Part shown: positions 7,975-16,580 of the stretch, piece by piece
Layout: each line of letters starts with the position of its first letter
Numbering within the stretch: position 1 is the first letter of the stretch
NCBI GenBank assembly: GCA_963743305.1
Contig: CAVUPH010000030.1
Coordinates: 32,001-96,000 of the forward strand
DNA from: an uncultured delta proteobacterium
GTDB taxonomy: Bacteria > Desulfobacterota > RBG-13-43-22
Reading direction: 5' to 3'
DNA length: 64,000 bases
The notes under the pieces: generated by a model
What the model saw: the letters and a program-made list of their open reading frames with translations, nothing else
What the model was told of the DNA's origin: nothing
The model's database searches: none
Program-made: the position numbers and the translations under genes

Positions 7975-9882
7975 ATGGACCCCGTTCAACACCTCCCTAA
8001 TTCCGAAATAGAAGAAAACCGCGAGCCGGGTCTGATGGTTCTGGCCCTGGGCGCTTTGGGCGTGGTTTACGGCGACATCGGCACCAGCCCGCTGTATGCC
8101 ATCCGGGAGTGTTTCCACGGGCAGCATGCCGTCGACCTGAACCCGATGAATATTCTGGGGGTGCTTTCTCTGGTCTTCTGGTCTCTGACGATGGTGGTCA
8201 GTGTCAAGTACGTGGGCTTTATCCTGAAGGCGGACAACCGGGGGGAGGGAGGTATTTTCGCCCTCCTGGCGTTGCTGCTGCAGGCCAGGGATAAGATGTC
8301 GGCCCGAAGTTACGGTGTGGCCGTTCTGGCCGCGGTCTTCGGGGCAGCCTTACTGTATGGAGACGGTCTGATCACCCCGGCCATATCGGTTCTTTCGGCC
8401 ATCGAGGGGCTGGAGGTGGCCACCAAGGCCTCCAAGCCCTTTATCATCCCGCTGACCTGCCTCGTTCTGTTCCTGTTTTTTCTAGTCCAGCGCCGCGGGA
8501 CTGCGGACATCGGCCGCTTCTTCGGCCCCATCATGATCCTCTGGTTTCTGACTATCGGGACCTTCGGGCTGTTCGCCATTGTCGAGAGTCCCCAGGTGGT
8601 GTCGTCTTTAAACCCCTGGCGGGCCGTGGAATTTTTCCGGGCCAACCATCTGCACGGGATGGTGGTTTTAGGTTCGGTGGTGCTTTGCATCACCGGAGGG
8701 GAGGCGCTTTACGCCGACATGGGCCATTTCAGCCCCCGGGCCATCAAAATCTCCTGGCTGGGGCTGGCCTACCCGGCCCTGCTGCTCAATTATTTCGGCC
8801 AGGGGGCCTTGCTGCTTTCCCATCCGGAAGAATCCTTTTATCCTTTTTACGGTCTGGTTCCTAAGCTGCTGCTCTACCCGGCCGTGATGCTGGCGACCAT
8901 CGCCACCATCATTGCCTCCCAGGCGATGGTTTCCGGGGTTTATTCTCTCACGCAGCAGGCTATCCAGTTGGGGTATCTGCCCCGGGTTCGGGTGCTCCAT
9001 ACCTCGGCCGGACATCGGGGCCAGATTTATCTTCCCGGGGTCAACTGGGCCATGATGGTCGGCTGTATCGCTTTGGTCCTGGCCTTTCGCGAATCCACCA
9101 ATCTTGCCGGGGCTTACGGTATTGCCGTGACCGCCACCATGGGCATCACCTCGATCATTTACTATCTGGTTGTGACCCGGCTCTGGAACTGGTCGTTCTG
9201 GAAGGCGGGATTGCTGGTTGGATTATTCCTCTTCTTTGATGTCAGTTACTTAAGCGCCAACCTGCTAAAAATCCTTGATGGCGGATGGTTTACCCTTGGG
9301 GTGGCCATCCTGATAACCCTCAGCATGACCACCTGGCGGGAAGGGCGCAAGTCCTTGTCTGAATTGTTGACCCCCCGCCTGACCATGGATCTTTTTTTAA
9401 AAGACATCGAGCAGAGAAATCCCTACCGGATTCCCGGGACGGCCGTTTTCATGTCCGTGAACCCCAAAGGGGTCCCGGTGGCCCTGCTCCACCATTTCAA
9501 ACACCACAAGGTGCTATTTGAGCAGGTGATCCTGTTGTCCATCGTGACCCAGGACCTACCCCGCATCGATCCGAAGGAGCGCCTGACGCTGGAAGAATTC
9601 GGCCAGGGATTTTATCGAATCACCGCCCAATACGGTTTTATGGAAACCCCCCGGGTCCCGGAGATCATGGCCCTGGCCGGCAGATTGGGGGTTAAAACGC
9701 AAATGGCCGCGACCACTTTTTTCTTAGGTCGGGAATCTCTCTTTACCAGCGGAAAGTCCAGAATGGCGCAGTGGCGGAAAGTTCTGTTTTCCATGATGTC
9801 CCGCAACGCCATGAATCCCACCAATTATTTTGAGATACCGCCGGGTCGAGTCATCGAGATCGGGACACAAATTCAGCTCTGA
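7975..9882 (+). CDS. kup: KUP/HAK/KT potassium transporter
   Basis: LGVVYGDIGTSPLY, ADNRGEGG, GDGLITPAISVLSAIEG, GGEALYADMGHF, YGFME. Confidence 0.96.
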   Translation: MDPVQHLPNSEIEENREPGLMVLALGALGVVYGDIGTSPLYAIRECFHGQHAVDLNPMNILGVLSLVFWSLTMVVSVKYVGFILKADNRGEGGIFALLALLLQARDKMSARSYGVAVLAAVFGAALLYGDGLITPAISVLSAIEGLEVATKASKPFIIPLTCLVLFLFFLVQRRGTADIGRFFGPIMILWFLTIGTFGLFAIVESPQVVSSLNPWRAVEFFRANHLHGMVVLGSVVLCITGGEALYADMGHFSPRAIKISWLGLAYPALLLNYFGQGALLLSHPEESFYPFYGLVPKLLLYPAVMLATIATIIASQAMVSGVYSLTQQAIQLGYLPRVRVLHTSAGHRGQIYLPGVNWAMMVGCIALVLAFRESTNLAGAYGIAVTATMGITSIIYYLVVTRLWNWSFWKAGLLVGLFLFFDVSYLSANLLKILDGGWFTLGVAILITLSMTTWREGRKSLSELLTPRLTMDLFLKDIEQRNPYRIPGTAVFMSVNPKGVPVALLHHFKHHKVLFEQVILLSIVTQDLPRIDPKERLTLEEFGQGFYRITAQYGFMETPRVPEIMALAGRLGVKTQMAATTFFLGRESLFTSGKSRMAQWRKVLFSMMSRNAMNPTNYFEIPPGRVIEIGTQIQL

Positions 9883-10042
9883 GAAAAAAGAATGGATTAA
9901 GCAATGATCTCGGGTTCCATTTCTCTTCTTATGGGTGGGATTCGGGGCCGGGAAATCGACGCTGACCGTTGAGTTTATCGAAAAAACGCTACTGATTTGA
10001 TGGGAGGTGCCCCTGACCCGTTCGGGCCAGGGGCCTTGAATT

Positions 10043-10564
10043 CTATTTCCAGTGGCCGGGTCTCCAATGGCCCTTAGGGCCCCAATGCCCCTGTACCCAA
10101 TGCGCACCCGGCCTCGGAGCCGGGTGCGCGGCCCAATGCCCGGCGATCCAGCCATTGGGGGTCCACTGCCCGGCGACCCATTTGGCCCCCTCAGGCGGGG
10201 GAGCGGAATCAATAACCCAGACCGTTCCATTCCAGAGATAAGGGCCTTCTCCAGGGGGAGGCGGTACGGCCACCCAGCCACCTTCAAGATGGAACCAGAC
10301 TTTTCCCGGAGGGGGCGGGCCCATGGCCTTCCAGGGGGCCGGAGGTCCTGAAACAACCGCCGGTGGCGGCCCGGCAGGACCGGGTGGCAACGGCCCGGGA
10401 GGAATTGGACCCGGGGGCGGGCCCGGTGGATGACCGGGAGGCGGACCATAGCGGGGCTGATGCGGCGGCGCCGCCATGGCGCCGTTAAAGGAATAAACCA
10501 TAACCGAAGCAGTCACCAGAACAACAATAACCATCCAATTCCCATGTCCTTTTTTTCTATTCAT
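10043..10564 (-). CDS. exported proline-rich protein with YXWGXW-like repeats
   Basis: signal peptide, PPG repeats, WVAGQW/WIAGHW/WVQGHW/WRPGHW; GGAG RBS. Confidence 0.7.
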   Translation of the reverse strand: MNRKKGHGNWMVIVVLVTASVMVYSFNGAMAAPPHQPRYGPPPGHPPGPPPGPIPPGPLPPGPAGPPPAVVSGPPAPWKAMGPPPPGKVWFHLEGGWVAVPPPPGEGPYLWNGTVWVIDSAPPPEGAKWVAGQWTPNGWIAGHWAAHPAPRPGAHWVQGHWGPKGHWRPGHWK

Positions 10565-10651
10565 ACTCCCTCCTTTTTGAGAATTTTCGGTCGAAAATTC
10601 TCAAATCTTTAGAAATATGATATTATTTAATCCGTTCCCAATTTTTTAAAA

Positions 10652-10686
10652 ATCCCTCCCAACCTCCCTTCGATAAAGGGAGGGGT
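10652..10686. repeat. short REP-like palindrome
   Basis: ATCCCTCCCAACCTCCCTTCGATAAAGGGAGG. Confidence 0.45.
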
Positions 10687-10732
10687 CTTTCGGGAAAAGG
10701 CCTTATTATTTTGGTTGGAGGTTTAATCGGTA

Positions 10733-11254
10733 GTGAAAATATTGGACATTGGCTGTGGGAATAGAAAAGTGGCCGGAGCCGTGGGGATTGACCTCAGCCC
10801 GGATTCCCAGGCCGATATCATTCACGATCTGAATAGCTTTCCTTATCCTTTTCCAGACAGTGAATTTGATCGAATTTACTGTCTGGATGTCTTGGAACAC
10901 CTAAAGGACGTTATCCGGACCCTGGAGGAAATTCACCGTCTGGCCCGGAAAGGGACCCGGGTATTCATTCGGGTCCCCCATTTTACCAGCACTCTGGCCT
11001 ATGGGGATCCTACCCACCGGCATTTTTTTAATACCCAGTCCCTGGATTATTTTTGTGGTGGATTCAAGGAATATGATTTTTATTCTAAGGTTGCCTTTAA
11101 AAAAAACAGGGCGCGCCTGAATTTCTGGAAATTCCATCGCCTTAATGGGATCTCCCTTTTAGCCAATCGCTTTCCGCTCTATTATGAAAAACTTTTTGCC
11201 TTTATTTTTCCGGCCATGAATATTGAATTTGAACTGGAAGTCATTAAAGACTGA
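10733..11254 (+). CDS. class I SAM-dependent methyltransferase (Methyltransf_11-like)
   Basis: ILDIGCG, DVLEHL, EIHRL, DPTH. Confidence 0.85.
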   Translation: MKILDIGCGNRKVAGAVGIDLSPDSQADIIHDLNSFPYPFPDSEFDRIYCLDVLEHLKDVIRTLEEIHRLARKGTRVFIRVPHFTSTLAYGDPTHRHFFNTQSLDYFCGGFKEYDFYSKVAFKKNRARLNFWKFHRLNGISLLANRFPLYYEKLFAFIFPAMNIEFELEVIKD

Positions 11255-11361
11255 TTTTTTGCCCAGCCGTCAGCAGATAGTGATCGGGGTACGTGAATTA
11301 CGACTGGATATTCATACAGCTCGGTTCAATTCATCTGGCCATAAAAAAACTTTTTAAATTA

Positions 11362-11406
11362 AATCAATAGGTTTAAAGTTAGCTGACTACTGGCATAAGG
11401 ATTGCT
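11362..11406 (+). promoter_or_regulatory. sigma54 -24/-12 promoter with upstream IHF-like site
   Basis: TGGCATAAGGATTGCT (GG-N10-GC) at 11391-11406; AATCAATAGGTTT at 11362-11374. Confidence 0.7.
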
Positions 11407-11447
11407 GTCCTACCTTCCATATCAATTCAGGGAAGGGAGACAGGGAT

Positions 11448-12254
11448 ATGAAACGTGTAGCTTTTTTGTTGATATTGTTATTGGGGACGCTTTTTATTTG
11501 GGGGTGTGCCGGGGAGCCGAAAATGCTGCCCATGCGGGATACCAGTCTGGATCCGGCTGGAGCGGAAAAAGGGATGAAGACGGTTGAGTTCCCCAAGGGA
11601 ACCTGGACCGGCACGGCCTCCACCGAGCAGGCCGGCGTCCTGGCCGCGACATTTGTTAATTCCCACAATATGGCCATGCGGGAATTTGACCAGGTGAAGG
11701 ATAACCAGGAAAAGATCAAGGGGTCCTTGCAAAACTTGAAGGAGGCCGCTCAGAGGCTGGAGGAGTCCAACCAGAAAATCCTGGCCTCAGCCCAAAAAAA
11801 TCAGGATACGGCCGAGAAAAGCTTGATGCGCATTGAAAAGATGTCTAAGGAGCAGGGATCCGGGGAGATCACCTTGTTCTATCCCACCGGGTCAGGAAAA
11901 ATTGCCGAAGGTTCTCTGGAATACCGTCGACTGGTCCAGTTCGTGGATTACCTCTCTCGGGAGAGCCGGGGCCGAAAGGTGTTGTTGGTCAATATCGGCA
12001 GCGCTTCGGCGACCGGTCCTCAGAGGACCAATATGAAACTGGCCAAGGCCCGTTCGGAATTTCCCCTTCAAGTAATCGATAAATATTTGATCAATATCCC
12101 CCACGAGTATTATAAAGTCTATGGCGTCGGAGACCAGTACAGCCCCAAAAAAGCAGCCAGGAAGGAACACCTCCGCTACCAGCATAACCGGTTGATCGCC
12201 GTTTTTGAAACGGATCAGTTGCCGGCGGTACCGGAAGAGCCGCTGAAAAAATAA
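11448..12254 (+). CDS. lipoprotein with coiled coil and OmpA-like C-terminal domain
   Basis: lipobox-like IWGC; GSASATG...NMKLAKARSE...NR resembles the OmpA-C fold. Confidence 0.65.
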   Translation: MKRVAFLLILLLGTLFIWGCAGEPKMLPMRDTSLDPAGAEKGMKTVEFPKGTWTGTASTEQAGVLAATFVNSHNMAMREFDQVKDNQEKIKGSLQNLKEAAQRLEESNQKILASAQKNQDTAEKSLMRIEKMSKEQGSGEITLFYPTGSGKIAEGSLEYRRLVQFVDYLSRESRGRKVLLVNIGSASATGPQRTNMKLAKARSEFPLQVIDKYLINIPHEYYKVYGVGDQYSPKKAARKEHLRYQHNRLIAVFETDQLPAVPEEPLKK

Positions 12255-12285
12255 TTTTTACAAATCGAACAAACCCTACTATAAG

Positions 12286-12326
12286 AAAGGGAGGCGGTTT
12301 ATTTCCATATCGCCTCCCTTTTTTTT
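12286..12326 (+). terminator. intrinsic terminator
   Basis: AAGGGAGGCG...CGCCTCCCTT followed by a T-run. Confidence 0.75.
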
Positions 12327-12394
12327 GGTTGTTCTCCCTTTTGGGTGGGCACCCCTCCTTACCTGTCATGGCCAAAAGTGCGAAGCGTTTTTTT

Positions 12395-13465
12395 ATGACC
12401 ACCCCGTCCCTTTTTCCTATGAGAAAGTTAGTCTCCTGGTTTAATAAAAATCAGCGAACGATGCCCTGGCGCAGCGACCGCCATCCCTATACCGTTTGGG
12501 TGTCGGAGATAATGCTCCAGCAGACCCGGGTAGACCAGGTGGAGCCCTATTACCGACGGTTCATGGACCGGTTCCCCGATACTCGGGCGCTGGCGCGGGC
12601 GCCGCTGGAGAAAGTGCTGAAGGTTTGGGAGGGACTGGGATATTACAGCCGGGCCCGTCACCTGCACCAGAGCGCCGGTGAAATAGTCAACCAGCACGGC
12701 GGAATCTTCCCGGACCGCTATGCCGACCTGGTTGCGCTTCCCGGCATCGGACGCTCGACCGCCGGCGCCATCTTAAGCCTGGCCTTTGACCGGCCCTATC
12801 CGGTGTTGGACGGCAATATCAAACGGGTCCTGATCCGTTTTTACCATATTCGTCGGCCGGTGGGCGAGGCGGCCACGTTAAACGAATTGTGGCGGAAAGC
12901 CGAAGAGTTGCTCCCTTCCCGGAAACCCGGCCGGTTCAATGAAGCTCTGATGGAACTGGGCGCCCTGGTCTGCCTGCCGAGGAACCCGGCTTGCGGTCAC
13001 TGTCCTTTGCGGAAGACCTGCCTGGCCTTTCTCCACGGAAATCCTGAAAAACTGCCGCTTAAGACGCCGCGCCGGAAAATTCCCCATTACCAGGTCACGG
13101 CGGCCGTGATCCGGAAGGGCAAAAAGATTTTGATCACCCGGCGGCCGGAAAAAGGGCTTTTGGGCGGATTATGGGAATTCCCCGGGGGCAAGCAAAATCC
13201 GGGGGAATCCTTAGAAGAATGTCTGCGGCGGGAAATTGAAGAAGAGTTGGGGATTGAGATCTCGGTGGGCGAGTCGTTTATGCAGGTCAACCACGCCTAC
13301 AGTCATTTCAAAATTACCCTGCACCCCTTTTTCTGCCGTCACCTGAAAGGCCGCATTCAAAAAATAGGGGTTATGGATTACCGCTGGGTGACTTCGGCGG
13401 AACTAAGTGACTATGCCTTTCCCCGGGCCGACCGGAGAGTGATCGCCTACCTGACAAAATCCTGA
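12395..13465 (+). CDS. mutY: A/G-specific adenine glycosylase with NUDIX C-terminal domain
   Basis: WVSEIMLQQT, WEGLGYYSRAR, HhH LPGIGRSTAGA, CxxxxxxCxxCxxxxxC, GLWEFPGG; start codon uncertain. Confidence 0.95.
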   Translation: MTTPSLFPMRKLVSWFNKNQRTMPWRSDRHPYTVWVSEIMLQQTRVDQVEPYYRRFMDRFPDTRALARAPLEKVLKVWEGLGYYSRARHLHQSAGEIVNQHGGIFPDRYADLVALPGIGRSTAGAILSLAFDRPYPVLDGNIKRVLIRFYHIRRPVGEAATLNELWRKAEELLPSRKPGRFNEALMELGALVCLPRNPACGHCPLRKTCLAFLHGNPEKLPLKTPRRKIPHYQVTAAVIRKGKKILITRRPEKGLLGGLWEFPGGKQNPGESLEECLRREIEEELGIEISVGESFMQVNHAYSHFKITLHPFFCRHLKGRIQKIGVMDYRWVTSAELSDYAFPRADRRVIAYLTKS

Positions 13466-13732
13466 ATGGGGTGGGGGGGATTTTTTTGTGAATCCGGCTG
13501 TTTGGGTATTGGGCCGTTCTTGTTTATCGCCCCCCCCACCGCTAATAGCGACGGTAACGGTAGCTTCCGCAACCAAAAGGGAGGCATCATCGAGGACTTC
13601 CACCTTCCACAGGGAAACGTTACGGCCTTGGGCTAATATCCTTCCATAGGAGTAGATTAACGTCGATCCGATCAAAAGGGCCAACAGCACGGGCATACAA
13701 ACGGCAAAGATTAATTTTGAACTGATTTTCAT
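13466..13732 (-). pseudogene. chimeric remnant: sensor-kinase-like N-terminal TM joined to a hot-dog (PaaI-like) C-terminal fragment
   Basis: MKISSKLIFAVCMPVLLALLIG... then GRNVSLWKVEVLDDASLLVAEATVTVAI. Confidence 0.45.
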
Positions 13733-13741
13733 TAATTTTTC

Positions 13742-13981
13742 CTATCTCCCGGCAATGCCGACAGCCCCGGGCTTGACCGCCTTTAAAGCCGCCGTATGGA
13801 TGAAATCAAGGTAATTCGGTATGGTGTCTGCGTCCGTCAATCGGTTTCTTATGGCCCATCTGGCCTCGTCCTCCATAGACGTCAGGAGGGACTGATCCAA
13901 GAATAATCTAAATCGGAAATCGTCCCAGGAGGCGGTGACAACTTTTCGATCCATTTTTAATTTCTGCACGATAATATCCAT
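13742..13981 (-). pseudogene. C-terminal fragment of an SsuA/NrtA-like ABC substrate-binding protein
   Basis: LDQSLLTSMEDEARWAI...IPNYLDFI...LKAVKP; cut off at the 30-bp motif at 13982. Confidence 0.6.
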
Positions 13982-14011
13982 GAAGAGGGGACGTTGGTTC
14001 TAAATTGCATT
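13982..14011. repeat. 30-bp motif, copy 1
   Basis: GAAGAGGGGACGTTGGTTCTAAATTGCATT, identical to 20706-20735. Confidence 0.85.
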
Positions 14012-14081
14012 GCCCCTATTAAACAAAAAAAACTTTGGGAAAAGCCTGATTTCCTGTACAGTCGTAGGGGGAGGAAAGCCG

Positions 14082-14723
14082 GTGTCTATTCTGATAAGAA
14101 ATGCCCGAACCGAGGATGCGGATTTCCTGGCGGCTGTCATCCTCAGGGCCGGCAGGGCCCATGTCCAGAAGGGGATTTGGGACGTCATCCTCGGAGGGAC
14201 GGATGACGAAAATCGATCCTTCCTCCGTCTTCTAACCGTGACCGGCAAACCCCATTTATTCCACCATTCTTTTTACCAAATCGCCGAGGTGGATCGAACT
14301 CCGTCTGCGGCCCTGGGAGGTTATGATCCCCGGACCGCCGGATACATCGCCTTGCGGGAAGCCATGCCGGAGGCCCTCCGAGGAAGCGGCCGGAACGGCC
14401 TGGGCCCCGAATCCCAGGATCGTATGGCCCGGGTGCTGCCCTGCATCCCGGAAAGCCTGGCGGGGGCTTGGATCATCGACAGCGTGGCCACTCTCCCCGA
14501 ATACTGCGGCCGGGGACTGGCCGGCAAGCTGTTGGACTCGATCATGGACCGTGGGCGGGAACTGGGCTTCCGTCTGGCTCAAATCAATATTTATATCGGC
14601 AATACCCCGGCCCAGAAGCTCTACGAAAAACATGGGTTTAGGATAATCGATGAAAACCGCTGTGCCGATTTTAAGCAGGAAATCGGCTCACCGGGCATGG
14701 CCCGGATGACCCGGGCACTTTAA
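14082..14723 (+). CDS. GNAT family N-acetyltransferase
   Basis: GGAGG RBS + GTG; IDSVATLPEYCGRGLAGKLL, NTPAQKLYEKHGF. Confidence 0.88.
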   Translation: MSILIRNARTEDADFLAAVILRAGRAHVQKGIWDVILGGTDDENRSFLRLLTVTGKPHLFHHSFYQIAEVDRTPSAALGGYDPRTAGYIALREAMPEALRGSGRNGLGPESQDRMARVLPCIPESLAGAWIIDSVATLPEYCGRGLAGKLLDSIMDRGRELGFRLAQINIYIGNTPAQKLYEKHGFRIIDENRCADFKQEIGSPGMARMTRAL

Positions 14724-14729
14724 GAGAAA

Positions 14730-15797
14730 ATGGGAAAAAGATTTCTCAAGTTACTGGGCCTGCTCATTCTGATCGTAGTGATCTATCTATTCACCCAAAA
14801 AGCCCCGATCGACCCGGCCGCCTACAACCCGCCTCCCCAACTGCCGATGACCGGCGTCCTGGCCCCCAATAACTTGCTGAAAAAAGCCGACTTGCTGGCC
14901 CTGGGGAAAATCAAAGGGCCGGAGGAAGTAGCCGTGGATCCCCAGGGACGAATCTACGGCGGGACCCAGGACGGAAAGATCCTGCGTCTCCGGCCCGATG
15001 GGCAGTTGGAAACGTTTGCCCAAACGGGAGGACGCCCTTTGGGAATGCAGTTCGAGCGGAATCAAAATCTCATCGTCTGCGACTCCTATCAGGGGCTGTT
15101 GTCAATCAACCCTGCCGGCAAGATCACCATTCTGGTCACCTCGGTCAACGGCGTCCCCTTCAAATTTACCGATGCCCTGGATATCTCCCGGGACGGGGTC
15201 ATCTATTTCACCGATGCCAGCTCTAAATACGGCCAGAACGAATACCTTTACGACCTGCTGGAAGCCAGGCCCCATGGACGACTGATCCGGCTGGACCCGA
15301 GCACTGGGCAAATCAACATACTCCTCGACAAACTGTTTTTCGCCAACGGGGTGGCCCTCTCCGCTGCGGAGGATTTCGTCCTGGTCAATGAAACCTACCA
15401 CTACCGCATTACCCGCTATTGGCTGAAAGGCCCCAAGAGCGGGACCAGCGACATCTTCATCGACAATTTACCGGGATTCCCCGACAACATCACCTCCAAC
15501 CACCGGGGGACCTTCTGGCTGGCGCTCTTCACCGTTCGCAACGGTGCGGTCGACCGGCTGCACCCTTATCCGTTCCTCAAATCCCTGCTGTCCAAACTTC
15601 CCAAGGCCCTCTGGCCCAGACCCAAACCCTACGGGCTGGTGCTCGCTTTGGATGAAAACGGGAAGATAGTCAAAAGCCTCCAAGAGCCTACCGGGAAACA
15701 TCTCTGGGAAATCACCTCGGCCCGGGAGTATAACGGGAACCTCTACCTCGGGAGCCTGCACGCCGATCGGATCGGGCGGTATACGTTGTCTGATTAG
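14730..15797 (+). CDS. SMP-30/gluconolactonase/strictosidine-synthase family protein
   Basis: GPEEV, GRPLG, IYFTDAS, FANGVAL, NLPGFPDNI; N-terminal TM. Confidence 0.9.
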   Translation: MGKRFLKLLGLLILIVVIYLFTQKAPIDPAAYNPPPQLPMTGVLAPNNLLKKADLLALGKIKGPEEVAVDPQGRIYGGTQDGKILRLRPDGQLETFAQTGGRPLGMQFERNQNLIVCDSYQGLLSINPAGKITILVTSVNGVPFKFTDALDISRDGVIYFTDASSKYGQNEYLYDLLEARPHGRLIRLDPSTGQINILLDKLFFANGVALSAAEDFVLVNETYHYRITRYWLKGPKSGTSDIFIDNLPGFPDNITSNHRGTFWLALFTVRNGAVDRLHPYPFLKSLLSKLPKALWPRPKPYGLVLALDENGKIVKSLQEPTGKHLWEITSAREYNGNLYLGSLHADRIGRYTLSD

Positions 15798-16188
15798 AGG
15801 CCTGTCAGGCATCGGGACGGTCTGGTGCAACCCCATGCCGTTAGGAGTCAGTCTCGATCTTGAATCATGCTGTCCTGGTCCGGTCCCCCCCTGTTTCCGT
15901 TTTAACCGGGCTCTCCGGGACGTTAGTCCGCCCAGGCACCAGCCCAATAGTCGGTTGGACTTGGCGAAATCCAGGTCACCCGGGCCTGGTGGACGGTCCA
16001 GGGGCTTCCATAGGCCTCGTGTTCTCCTGGGGTAAGCTAACTGCGTTGGAATAGCCCTTGTTTTTGGCTATCCAGACCGGTAGGAGCTCTCGTCTACGTC
16101 CCAAAGACGGTTTTCTCAGTCCGCTGCGGCGCCTTTTGGCTGCAACCGGTGATGAGCAAAAGGAGCATTAATGGCGTCAGCGTTCTTG

Positions 16189-16551
16189 TCAGGCCAGCGA
16201 TTTAATCAGGGTCTCGATTTCATTCCAGGGCAACGATTCCTTGACAAAGAAACGATCCGCTCCGTTTTGAAAGGCGGCTTGGCGGTATTCCGGCAGATCG
16301 TAACCGGTCAGCACGGCAATCGTGATGTCCGGAAAATCCCTTTTTATCCTTTGGGTCAACTTCAAACCGTTTACGCCGGGCAGGTGGATATCCATGAAGA
16401 TGAGCCGGGGGAGACCTCCGTTGAGCTTCTGCAGGGCTTCTTCCCCGGTGGTCGCCTCTTCGATGATTAGGGATGGGAAATGCTCTTGGAGACTGTGCCT
16501 GAATGTTTCCCGGAAGTGACGATTGTCTTCGACCAGCAGTACTTTTAGCAT
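16189..16551 (-). CDS. single-domain response regulator
   Basis: VLLVED, IFMDIHLPG, VLTG, FVK; GGAGGT RBS before ATG 16551. Confidence 0.88.
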   Translation of the reverse strand: MLKVLLVEDNRHFRETFRHSLQEHFPSLIIEEATTGEEALQKLNGGLPRLIFMDIHLPGVNGLKLTQRIKRDFPDITIAVLTGYDLPEYRQAAFQNGADRFFVKESLPWNEIETLIKSLA

Positions 16552-16580
16552 GCCTATACCTCCCCTTCTCCCTTCCCGCT

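Noticed and set aside
15800-16185. Possible ncRNA in a 390-bp intergenic gap
   Set aside because: Only short hairpins and a decayed lipoprotein-like signal fragment; no recognisable RNA family.
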